This document shows positions 29,168 through 38,138 of a stretch of DNA of 64,000 bases, piece by piece (the stretch's first letter is position 1; the number at the start of each line of letters is the position of its first letter). Below the pieces are notes generated by a model. That model searched no databases, was not told the origin of the DNA, and saw only the letters and a program-made list of their open reading frames with translations. The position numbers and the translations under genes were made by a program. Source of the DNA: an uncultured delta proteobacterium (GTDB taxonomy: Bacteria; Desulfobacterota; Desulfobacteria; Desulfobacterales; B30-G6); assembly GCA_963842925.1 (NCBI GenBank), contig CAWJIL010000003.1:313542-377541 (forward strand). Reading direction: 5' to 3'.

Positions 29168-31552
29168 ATGCAAAAGTCCATGCACCATCTCAAATATCGA
29201 ACAAGTCAACACAGATGGCGCAACGCATCTGCGCCCATCCCTTCTATTCTCGGTGTTATGAGCTGCAGTGCTTTCATACTCTTCTTCTTGTTGTTGTTTT
29301 ATGGTACCGGCTGGGGGCAAAACTCCGGCAGCATTCCAGAAGAGGCACCTTTTCCCTGGCATATAACCGCCGACGAACTCAGCTTCGATGAAACCCATCA
29401 GATTTATATTGCCACCGGAAATGTCGTCATCTCAAAGATGGACAAACAAATCACCGCTGACAGGGTCCATTTCGACCACAAAAAAATGGAAGCGCTGGCA
29501 ACAGGGCATGTGGTCATGTCCGTAGATCGGGATCTGATAAGGGCAGACAGTCTCCAAATCAATCTCGAAACGGAAAAAGGCGCCCTCCATAACGGATCTG
29601 TTTTCCTGCGTCAGGAAAACTTCCACATAAGCGGCAACAAGATCGTCAAAACAGGCAAAGACTCCTATCATGCGGACAAGGCCGGCCTGACCACCTGTGA
29701 TGGAGAAAATCCGGCCTGGAAAATAACCGGCAGAAACCTTAATGTCACCATCGAAGGCTACGGATATGCCAACCACGCTGTATTCTGGGTCAAGAATATC
29801 CCGGTATTCTACACGCCATTTATTGCGTTTCCGGTAAAATCAAAACGACAGACCGGTCTCTTGCCACCACAAATCGGCAGTTCATCCCGAAAGGGCTTTG
29901 AATACCATCAACCTCTTTTCTGGGCCATCAATGACAGTATGGATGCGACTTTATACGACCACTACATGAACCGGCGCGGCAACAAACTGGGTGCTGAATT
30001 TCGCTATATCGCCAGTCCCCTCACCAAAGGGTCACTGATGATGGATTACCTGAATGACGACAAGGTGGATAACGATGCGGATGGGAATCATGACTGGGGC
30101 TATGACGACAAGCCGGATGAGAATGTTCTGCGCACCAACAGGAATCGTTACTGGTTTCGCATGAAGCATGACCAGGCGCTGCCAAGGGGTTTTTCGGCTA
30201 TGACCGATCTGGACATTGTCAGCGACCAGGATTACCTCAAGGAATTTAAAAGTGGCTACACAGGTTACAATGACACAGAAGATTACTACAATGATGAATT
30301 CAACAGGGACATTGATGACTATAACGACCCCATCCGGCTCAACCGTTTGAACATCAACCGGAATTGGTCCGCTTTCAATCTCAATGCCGAATTCAGATGG
30401 TATGACGATGTCATCAGCAGGCAACAGGGAGACCCCGACACCACGGTACAGCGCCTGCCGTTCATCCAGCTCAACGCATCCAAACAACAGCTGGGGTCAT
30501 CCCTGTTCTACGGCTCTATGACAAATGAATATACGTATTTTTACCGTGAAAACACCGATACCCGGAATCGTGTCACCCGGGATCATCGCATTGATGTGCA
30601 TCCCAGGATCTACCTGCCCTTGAGTTGGCAGAACTATTTTATGCTGGAGCCCTCCATGGGATTTCGGGGAACCTATTGGTGGGTAATGGATCATGAGGGT
30701 CCGGATGACGATACGGACAACGACAAAACCAAGCACAGGGAACTCATGGACTATCAGCTCGATTTGTCCACGGAGATCTATAATATCCTGCACACAGACG
30801 GTGATGGGATCGACCGTTATAAACACGCCATCATCCCCAGAATTGTCTACACCTATATTCCGGAAGAAGACCAGTCGACCTATCCGGATTTTGATGCTAA
30901 AGACAGAATCGGGAAGCAGAACCGGGTGACCTATTCATTGACGAATTTGCTCACTTACCGGTCCAGGCTCAAGAAAAAAAAATCAGTGGCAGAAGAGATT
31001 AGCGACCCGGAATATCATTATCAGCGATTCCTGAGGCTCTATCTCGAACAGAGCTACAATTTGAGCACGGTTGATGAAGATGACCTTTCAGAGTGGGAAT
31101 ACTTAGAAACCCGCAAGTCTTTTTCGCCGCTGTTCGGACGCGTGGAGCTGACACCGGGGAAATATATCACCTTAGAGGCGGATGCCCAGTGGTCGACATA
31201 TGAGAACGCGTTTGTATCTCGTAATTTTTCGACGACCTTGCGGGACCGCCGAGGCGATCGGCTGTCTGTTGAACACCGGTACCGGCAGAAGATGGCCGAC
31301 ATCGATGAGGTGGGTCTGAAATCGGCCTATGCAAAGCTGTTGATCAGCATGACAGAGACCTTATCCCTTAACGCCGAGTATGAAAAAGATCTCAACAAAG
31401 ACAATCATCTCCTCACAAGCATCGGCGCCCTCTACAAGGCCCAGTGCTGGTCTTTCCAGCTGACATACACCCGAGAAGAGGGAGACGACAGATATGACTT
31501 CATGATCGGCTTCCGCGGTCTTGGGAATATTGAAAGTGAGTTATATAATTGA
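29168..31552 (+). CDS. lptD: LPS-assembly outer membrane protein LptD
   Basis: About 790 aa. N-terminal hydrophobic signal, OstA-like N-domain, and a large Asp/Tyr/Asn-rich beta-barrel region. The start is uncertain (29117 TTG, 29168, 29180 or 29258). Confidence 0.86.
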   Translation: MQKSMHHLKYRTSQHRWRNASAPIPSILGVMSCSAFILFFLLLFYGTGWGQNSGSIPEEAPFPWHITADELSFDETHQIYIATGNVVISKMDKQITADRVHFDHKKMEALATGHVVMSVDRDLIRADSLQINLETEKGALHNGSVFLRQENFHISGNKIVKTGKDSYHADKAGLTTCDGENPAWKITGRNLNVTIEGYGYANHAVFWVKNIPVFYTPFIAFPVKSKRQTGLLPPQIGSSSRKGFEYHQPLFWAINDSMDATLYDHYMNRRGNKLGAEFRYIASPLTKGSLMMDYLNDDKVDNDADGNHDWGYDDKPDENVLRTNRNRYWFRMKHDQALPRGFSAMTDLDIVSDQDYLKEFKSGYTGYNDTEDYYNDEFNRDIDDYNDPIRLNRLNINRNWSAFNLNAEFRWYDDVISRQQGDPDTTVQRLPFIQLNASKQQLGSSLFYGSMTNEYTYFYRENTDTRNRVTRDHRIDVHPRIYLPLSWQNYFMLEPSMGFRGTYWWVMDHEGPDDDTDNDKTKHRELMDYQLDLSTEIYNILHTDGDGIDRYKHAIIPRIVYTYIPEEDQSTYPDFDAKDRIGKQNRVTYSLTNLLTYRSRLKKKKSVAEEISDPEYHYQRFLRLYLEQSYNLSTVDEDDLSEWEYLETRKSFSPLFGRVELTPGKYITLEADAQWSTYENAFVSRNFSTTLRDRRGDRLSVEHRYRQKMADIDEVGLKSAYAKLLISMTETLSLNAEYEKDLNKDNHLLTSIGALYKAQCWSFQLTYTREEGDDRYDFMIGFRGLGNIESELYN

Positions 31553-31741
31553 AGGGTTCAAGGGTTCGAGAATTCGGGGGTCGATTGAAACAACTGACGC
31601 TCCCTTCGCATGGTTCAGTCGTCGGAAACCCAACACTTGAACCCTGGAATCCTCGACCCCTTGGATCCTTTCTCCCAACTTATTGCTTGAAGAACCATGG
31701 GTTTTAGGTATTATGGTTTCCAAAAAGAGAAGGTTATCAGT

Positions 31742-32269
31742 ATGAATCGCGACATATTAAAGCAAGAATGGTACGTTATCCACACCCGCAGCCGGTTCGA
31801 AAACGTGGTCAGTGACGGGCTGCTCAAAAAGTCGTACGACGTGTTCCTGCCCAAAGCACAGGTTCCCAGCAAACGTCGGGACAGAAAGTTGATGATTTGG
31901 GTTCCAGTGTTTCCAGGATACCTCTTTGTCAAAACAGATATGAGCGCCCACGAACATCTGGACATTCTCAAAACAGTCGGAACTGTCCGTCTCGTGGGAA
32001 CCAAAAGTGGGCCGGTATCGGTTCCAGATGATACCATTGATTCACTCAAAATCATCGTCAACAGCGACAATCCCATCATGACGGGCAACCGCCTGACCAG
32101 GGGGGACAGGGTTATGGTGGTCAGAGGTCCTTTCACCGGCGTCATCGGAACCTTTTCAAACTATCGGGGAAAAGGCCGGGTTACGATCAATGTGGAGGCC
32201 CTGGGACAGACCGCCGGCGTGGATGTCCAAGAAGACGACATCGAACCGCTGTCTAAAATATTGGCATAA
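31742..32269 (+). CDS. NusG-family transcription antiterminator paralog (NGN + KOW)
   Basis: WYVIHTRSRFE NGN start, FPGYLFV, and KOW GDRVMVVRGPFTG. Shorter than housekeeping NusG. ATG 31742 has an SD. Confidence 0.85.
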   Translation: MNRDILKQEWYVIHTRSRFENVVSDGLLKKSYDVFLPKAQVPSKRRDRKLMIWVPVFPGYLFVKTDMSAHEHLDILKTVGTVRLVGTKSGPVSVPDDTIDSLKIIVNSDNPIMTGNRLTRGDRVMVVRGPFTGVIGTFSNYRGKGRVTINVEALGQTAGVDVQEDDIEPLSKILA

Positions 32270-32350
32270 CTACTTGACTTTTTATCAATTCATCATTAAT
32301 ACTCTCTACAATATATCGTGATGATATGGGAATGTGGGAAGGAGGGTGGT

Positions 32351-32626
32351 ATGAACAAGCTAGAACTGATCTCCGCTTTGAAGAAAGAGGCAAATATATC
32401 CAAAGCTGAAGCTGCCAAAGTTGTTCAGCTGTTTTTTGATCATATGGCGGAAGCCCTGGCCCGTGGAGAACGGGTAGAGATTCGAGGCTTGTGCAGTTTT
32501 TACGTAAAAAACTACGCAAGCTATATGGGCAGAAATCCCAAGACCGGCGAAAAGGTGTTAATCAACCCCAAGAAGCTCCCTTTTTTCAAATCCGGTAAAG
32601 AGCTCAAAGAGCGGGTAGATTATTAG
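32351..32626 (+). CDS. ihfB: Integration host factor beta-like DNA-bending protein (HU/IHF family)
   Basis: GERVEIRG..F, GRNPKTGEKV, and FKSGKELKERV match the IHF-beta pattern. GGAGGG SD before ATG 32351. Confidence 0.87.
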   Translation: MNKLELISALKKEANISKAEAAKVVQLFFDHMAEALARGERVEIRGLCSFYVKNYASYMGRNPKTGEKVLINPKKLPFFKSGKELKERVDY

Positions 32627-32630
32627 ATTT

Positions 32631-33707
32631 GTGCCGGGATTCGAATCCATAGTCGATCAGGAAAAACCCGTCAGGCTTCTATCGAATATTCTTCAGAAAG
32701 GGAAAATCCCCCACGCGCTGCTCTTTACAGGCATTGAGGGCGTCGGGAAAAAAGAAGCTGCGAACATCTTTGCCATGGCCTGTAACTGCGTGGCAGCGAC
32801 CATCCCGAACCAGCCGTTTTCAGACCAGAGCAATGATCATGCAGGAAAAGACAGACCACCGTCACCATGTGGCGTATGCAAATCGTGCCGGAAAATCATC
32901 TCCGGAAACCACCCTGACCTTATCTCAATACAGCCGGAAAAGGCACATATCCGTATAGGGCAAATTCGTGACCTCTGCCATATGCTGGTCATGAAACCTT
33001 ATGAGGCAAAGTATCGGGTGGTGATCATATCCGATGCACACACCCTGAATCCGGAGGCCGGTAACGCCATGCTCAAAGTACTCGAGGAGCCACCGGACAA
33101 AACGGTCTTGGTTCTTACTGCTCATCATCTGCATGATCTTCTTCCCACGATCGCTTCGCGGTGTCAGCACATTCGATTCAACCCGATTTCACATGCCGCC
33201 CTCACGGAGGTTCTTGTGACCAAAGAAGGGTTATCTGCCCGGGAAGCAGACCTGCTGGCAACACTGGCAAAAGGCAGCCTCATGGGAGCGCTCTCGCTTG
33301 TGGCATCCGGATGGATTGAGCAGCGGGATTGGATCTTGCAGCTGATTGGAAAGGAGTCGTTCGGGCAATCACCAATGGATCGCGTGACAACCCTCCTGGC
33401 CTTCTCTGAAAAACTGGCTCAGGAAAAAGATCGCCTTGAAAATGCGTTGGAAATTCTTAAAATATGGTTCAGGGATTTGATGATCTATCCTCTGTCACCC
33501 GATAGGGTCGTCAACAAGGATTTATCCCACACCTTGAAACGGCTATCGGAAAAGACCACAACAGATAATCTTCTCTCGGCCTATGACGCCATTCAATTGG
33601 CCCAGAAAAAGATCAACGGCAATGCAAATCCAAGATTGACACTCGATGTCATGATGATGAAACTCACGGAGTTCGATCATGAAAAAAGTCGTAGGCATCC
33701 GATTTAA
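32631..33707 (+). CDS. holB: DNA polymerase III delta' subunit
   Basis: HALLFTGIEGVGKK, Zn module CGVCKSC, LEEPP, and the SRC motif (ASRCQ). GTG start. Confidence 0.87.
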   Translation: MPGFESIVDQEKPVRLLSNILQKGKIPHALLFTGIEGVGKKEAANIFAMACNCVAATIPNQPFSDQSNDHAGKDRPPSPCGVCKSCRKIISGNHPDLISIQPEKAHIRIGQIRDLCHMLVMKPYEAKYRVVIISDAHTLNPEAGNAMLKVLEEPPDKTVLVLTAHHLHDLLPTIASRCQHIRFNPISHAALTEVLVTKEGLSAREADLLATLAKGSLMGALSLVASGWIEQRDWILQLIGKESFGQSPMDRVTTLLAFSEKLAQEKDRLENALEILKIWFRDLMIYPLSPDRVVNKDLSHTLKRLSEKTTTDNLLSAYDAIQLAQKKINGNANPRLTLDVMMMKLTEFDHEKSRRHPI

Positions 33708-34473
33708 ATCGGCTGGTAAAATATATCATTTTGACTGTGGCGCCTTTGTCTTGAACGAAGGCGACGAAGTGATCGTAGAAACTGAAAAAGGGCTTGGCTT
33801 TGGTTTTGTCGCCATACCGCCGGTGCCGCAAAAATCGCCGGGGGCCAAGCGACCGCTGAAAAAGGTCTATCGGATAGCCAATGAAAAAGATCACCGACAG
33901 AGGAACACCAATCTGGGTCTGGAGCAACGTGCCTATGCTTTCTGCATGAATTGCATCAGACAAGACAGACTCAAAATGAACCTCTTCTCCGTTGAAAGCA
34001 CCTTCGATGCAAGCCGTCTCACGTTTTTTTTTACGGCGGACGGTCGCGTAGATTTTCGCAAACTGGTAAAACGCCTGGTCAAGGAGTTCCGGACCAGAAT
34101 TGAGATGCGCCAGGTTGGTATCAGAAATCAAGCAAAGATGTGCGGTGGCATCGGACGCTGTGGTCGTGAGATATGCTGTTCCGCATTTATCGAAAAATTT
34201 GAGCCTGTTTCCATCAAAATGGCCAAACAACAGGGTCTGTCATTGAATCCCACCAAGATTTCCGGCCAATGCGGTCGACTGATGTGCTGTCTGACCTACG
34301 AAAACAAGACCTATCAACAGTTGAAATCCAGTTTACCCAAGGTGGGCAAAATTATCCAGACCAGGGACAAAACCGGCAAAGTGATCCGACATAATGTCAT
34401 CGGCAGACGCATCGCCATCCGTCTGGAGGATGGATCGGAGATGGAAATAAGCGTCGACGATATAGAGAACTAA
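33679..34473 (+). CDS. PSP1 domain protein (YaaT/RicT-like)
   Basis: KSAGKIYHFD N-terminus and a Cys cluster (CGRCGREICCS...CGRLMCCL) typical of the PSP1 C-terminal domain. Overlaps the holB end. Confidence 0.88.
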   Translation: MKKVVGIRFKSAGKIYHFDCGAFVLNEGDEVIVETEKGLGFGFVAIPPVPQKSPGAKRPLKKVYRIANEKDHRQRNTNLGLEQRAYAFCMNCIRQDRLKMNLFSVESTFDASRLTFFFTADGRVDFRKLVKRLVKEFRTRIEMRQVGIRNQAKMCGGIGRCGREICCSAFIEKFEPVSIKMAKQQGLSLNPTKISGQCGRLMCCLTYENKTYQQLKSSLPKVGKIIQTRDKTGKVIRHNVIGRRIAIRLEDGSEMEISVDDIEN

Positions 34474-34559
34474 AAGGAGAAACCCAGGTCCAAAGGGCCG
34501 GCACTGATTCAATTCTATAAGAGATTAATATTATGCACATTCAGCGTGTGATAAATTCT

Positions 34560-34762
34560 AAATCCGAATATCGAAATACGAAACAAATCCAAATATCAAA
34601 TGCTCAAATGATTGAAGAACCTCGCAGCAAGCTGCGGTGAATGCGCTCGCTATTTCGGTTCAAAAATAGGGCTTGAACTAGTCTCTCCAAGGTCTTGTTT
34701 TGATCATTCGAATTTGGATCATTCGGTTTTGTTTAGGATTTCGAATTTCGTGCTTCGGATTT
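34560..34762 (+). repeat. MITE-like element R3, longer copy carrying a nested truncated R1 module
   Basis: Same termini as 21303-21431, shared internal ATGCTCAAAT and GATCATT(C/T)G blocks, and an R1 fragment at 34625-34662. Confidence 0.7.
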
Positions 34763-34852
34763 GAGTAAATATCGCCATCGGCAGAGCTTCAATTCTCTGA
34801 CCTGGCCCATAGCGCCAGAATTTTATTATTTGAAAAGTAAGCAGGAGTATCC

Positions 34853-36775
34853 ATGACCACCCCTTTTTATATCACAACACCCATCTATTACGTCAATGCA
34901 AGGCCGCATCTGGGGCATGCCTATACCACGATCATTGCCGATGTTGCCACACGCTTTAATACAATGCGGCAGGCTGAAACCTTTTTTCTGACCGGAACCG
35001 ATGAGCACGGAGACAAAATCCTTCAGGCCGCCGAAAAAGAAGGTCTCAACCCGAAACAATATGTCGACAAGATCAGCGCCCTGTTCAGGAATCTCTGGCC
35101 TGAACTCAATATCTGCAATAACCACTTTATTCGTACTACGGATCCTTCCCACATGGCCATTGTACAACAGGTTCTCAGCCAGATACATGCTTCCGGGGAC
35201 ATCTATTTTTCAGAATATAAAGGTCTCTATTGCTTCGGGTGCGAACGCTTTTACACGGAGCGCGAACTTGTTGACGGCAAGTGCCCGGATCATGAGGTGG
35301 AACCGAAGGTCATCAAGGAATCGAATTATTTTTTCAAAATGAGCCGCTATCAGGACTGGCTGATCGAGCACATCCAGCAGCATCCCGATTTTATCCGCCC
35401 GGAACGCTACCGCAACGAGGTCCTTGCTTTTCTCAAGGAACCCCTGGAAGATCTCTGTATCTCCAGACCAAAATCCAGAATTTCCTGGGGTATCACCCTC
35501 CCCTTTGACAAGGACTATGTCACCTATGTCTGGTTCGATGCCCTGCTCAATTACATATCCGGTCTCGGGTATCCGGACGGAAAGCTGTTCAAGACCTTCT
35601 GGCCCGCTGCCCAGCATATCGTCGCCAAAGACATCCTCAAGCCACACGGGATCTACTGGCCCATTATGCTGAAAGCGGCCGGCATTCCTATATATAAACA
35701 CCTGAATGTCCATGGCTATTGGAACATCGATCAGAGCAAAATGTCTAAAAGCCTCGGCAATGTGGTGGAACCACTACAACTGAAAAATGTTTACGGTCTG
35801 GACGCTTTCAGGTTTTTCCTCATGCGGGACATGGTCTTCGGGCTCGACTCGAGCTTTAACGAGGAAGCCCTTGTGCAACGCATCAATTCAGATCTTGCAA
35901 ACGATCTGGGAAACCTCTTCAGCCGCGTACTCTCCATGGTGCGAAAATATTTCAAGGGTGTCGTTCCTGAACCCGATGCCGGTCTGGTCGACACCGGCTG
36001 GATGGAACTTAAATCCGCTGCCATGGCTGCTGTCACTGAATTTGACGAACAAATGCAGGCTTTTGCATTTCATAAAGGCCTGCTGGCCATATGGGATCTC
36101 ATCAGCCGGATGAACAAGACCATCGACACCGCTGCCCCATGGAATCTGGCCAAGAACAGCAAGCAGCAGGCTGAGTTGAAGACCGTTATCTACAATCTTC
36201 TGGAAGGACTCAGAATTGTTTCCGGATTGATCTACCCGATCATGCCAGATACCGCTCAGAAAATGCAGCGGCAGCTGGGGCTGAATCCTGAATCACGGTT
36301 CTACGAAATAGAGAAACTCAAACACTGGGGTGAAACCCTTCCGGGAGCAGGCCTTCCGGTATTTAAACCCCTGTTTCCACGCATAGAAAAGATGCCGGAA
36401 GCCACAGCCCCTTCCGGGAATACGGCCGCCCCGTCATCGCAACCCGACATCAAACCCCTGATTACATTTGACGATTTCAACAAACTGGATCTACGGGTTG
36501 CCACCATCGTCCATGCCGAGACCATCCCCAAATCAAAAAAACTCCTCAAAATCGAAATCGATATGGGAGAAAGCAGGACAATTGTTTCCGGCATCTTGGA
36601 AAGCTATCGTCCAGAAGACATCGTCGGGATGCAGGTTGTTGTGGTGGCCAATCTTAAACCTGCTAAACTCATGGGCATCACCTCCCAGGGCATGCTGCTG
36701 GCAGCCGATGCTGAATCAGGGGACAGCCTGATTATCCTGGACCGAAACGCCCTTCCCGGGTCCTGTGTAAGCTAA
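34853..36775 (+). CDS. metG: Methionyl-tRNA synthetase with C-terminal tRNA-binding domain
   Basis: TTPIYYVNARPHLGHAYT (HIGH), KMSKSLGN, a Zn knuckle (CFGCERF...CPDH), and a C-terminal Trbp111-like domain. Confidence 0.95.
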   Translation: MTTPFYITTPIYYVNARPHLGHAYTTIIADVATRFNTMRQAETFFLTGTDEHGDKILQAAEKEGLNPKQYVDKISALFRNLWPELNICNNHFIRTTDPSHMAIVQQVLSQIHASGDIYFSEYKGLYCFGCERFYTERELVDGKCPDHEVEPKVIKESNYFFKMSRYQDWLIEHIQQHPDFIRPERYRNEVLAFLKEPLEDLCISRPKSRISWGITLPFDKDYVTYVWFDALLNYISGLGYPDGKLFKTFWPAAQHIVAKDILKPHGIYWPIMLKAAGIPIYKHLNVHGYWNIDQSKMSKSLGNVVEPLQLKNVYGLDAFRFFLMRDMVFGLDSSFNEEALVQRINSDLANDLGNLFSRVLSMVRKYFKGVVPEPDAGLVDTGWMELKSAAMAAVTEFDEQMQAFAFHKGLLAIWDLISRMNKTIDTAAPWNLAKNSKQQAELKTVIYNLLEGLRIVSGLIYPIMPDTAQKMQRQLGLNPESRFYEIEKLKHWGETLPGAGLPVFKPLFPRIEKMPEATAPSGNTAAPSSQPDIKPLITFDDFNKLDLRVATIVHAETIPKSKKLLKIEIDMGESRTIVSGILESYRPEDIVGMQVVVVANLKPAKLMGITSQGMLLAADAESGDSLIILDRNALPGSCVS

Positions 36776-36776
36776 C

Positions 36777-38129
36777 ATGGAAATACCAAGGAACCGCAGC
36801 CAAAACCCCTCCCTGCCCGGATGGCATTCTCACCAGAGTTTGTTTCAAAAGAACCGGGACCGTAAAACCCGGATCCGTAAAAGAATCCGACTGGCTATCA
36901 TAACGCTGGTCATCCTTTTTGGCATATACAGCCTGGTCCAGTGTTTTACCCGTCTAGCCGATAGCAGGGAAAACACTTCCGAATCAGCAGGCACGGCCCC
37001 GCTGGATAAAGAGATCCGGAAAAATGACAAACAGGTGGCCCAAAGACTTCTGCAGGGAATACCTTTGATCAATCTTAAGGATGCCACCTTCCAGGTAAGC
37101 CATCAGGACACAAGCCTGCGTTTTGACACCGGCATCGATCCTTCCCTGCAGGACTACATGCTGGGAAAACTGGATCGTAAGAATTCACGTCACATTGCGT
37201 TGGTTGCACTGGATCCTGCCGACGGTAAAATACTCATGATGGCCGGTTATGACAAAAGCGACCCTGACAGCAATACCTGTCTTGACAACACCTACCCTGC
37301 CGCCAGTATCTTTAAAATTATCACGGCTGCCGCTGCCGTCGAAAAAATTAATCTCGATTCAAACTCGAAACTCAAGTTCAACGGAAGCTCGCACACGCTC
37401 TATAAAACGCAGCTCAAAGAACGTAAAAACCGCTACACCAATTACACGACTTTCCAGGAAGCGTTTGCCAAATCCATCAATCCTATTTTTGGTAAAATAG
37501 GCGCCTTGAATCTCGAAAAAGACCAACTGTCAGCATATGCTGAGGCCTTTGGCTTCAATTCGGAAATTGCTTTCGAGCTGCCCCTCCAGGCGAGTCATTT
37601 CAGTGTCACCGACACCCCCTATCACCGGGCTGAAATAGCCAGTGGATTCAACAGGCAGACCACACTTTCGGCTGTTCATGCTGCATTGCTGCCAGCCGTC
37701 ATTGTCAATCAAGGCCAACAAGTGGAACCGACAATCGTCCAAAGGATCACTGATGGCTCCGGTCAACTTCTATACGAAAACCAGCCAGGTCCCATGAGAC
37801 AGGTCATAACACCCAGGGCTTCGCGGGTGGTCTACGACCTCATGGAGGCCACCGTCCGATACGGCACGGCTAAAAAAGCTTTCAAGGGTTTCCAAAAAGA
37901 TCCGGTTCTCTCAAAGTGCAATCTGGGCGGGAAAACCGGGTCTATCTATAACAAAAAACATGATTTGCGATTCGACTGGTTCGTGGGCTTCGCCGATCTG
38001 AAAAACGGTGACAAGAAAATGGCCATTGCCGTGGTGGTGGCCCATGAAGAATTTATCGGCATCCGGGCATCCGCTTACGCCCGCATGGCAATCAATAAAT
38101 ACTACACAGAATTTTTTAAAGCAGATTGA
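36777..38129 (+). CDS. Penicillin-binding protein (transpeptidase domain, membrane anchored)
   Basis: N-terminal TM, SxxK (ASIFK) and KTG (GGKTGS). Confidence 0.85.
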   Translation: MEIPRNRSQNPSLPGWHSHQSLFQKNRDRKTRIRKRIRLAIITLVILFGIYSLVQCFTRLADSRENTSESAGTAPLDKEIRKNDKQVAQRLLQGIPLINLKDATFQVSHQDTSLRFDTGIDPSLQDYMLGKLDRKNSRHIALVALDPADGKILMMAGYDKSDPDSNTCLDNTYPAASIFKIITAAAAVEKINLDSNSKLKFNGSSHTLYKTQLKERKNRYTNYTTFQEAFAKSINPIFGKIGALNLEKDQLSAYAEAFGFNSEIAFELPLQASHFSVTDTPYHRAEIASGFNRQTTLSAVHAALLPAVIVNQGQQVEPTIVQRITDGSGQLLYENQPGPMRQVITPRASRVVYDLMEATVRYGTAKKAFKGFQKDPVLSKCNLGGKTGSIYNKKHDLRFDWFVGFADLKNGDKKMAIAVVVAHEEFIGIRASAYARMAINKYYTEFFKAD

Positions 38130-38138
38130 TCCACTGCC

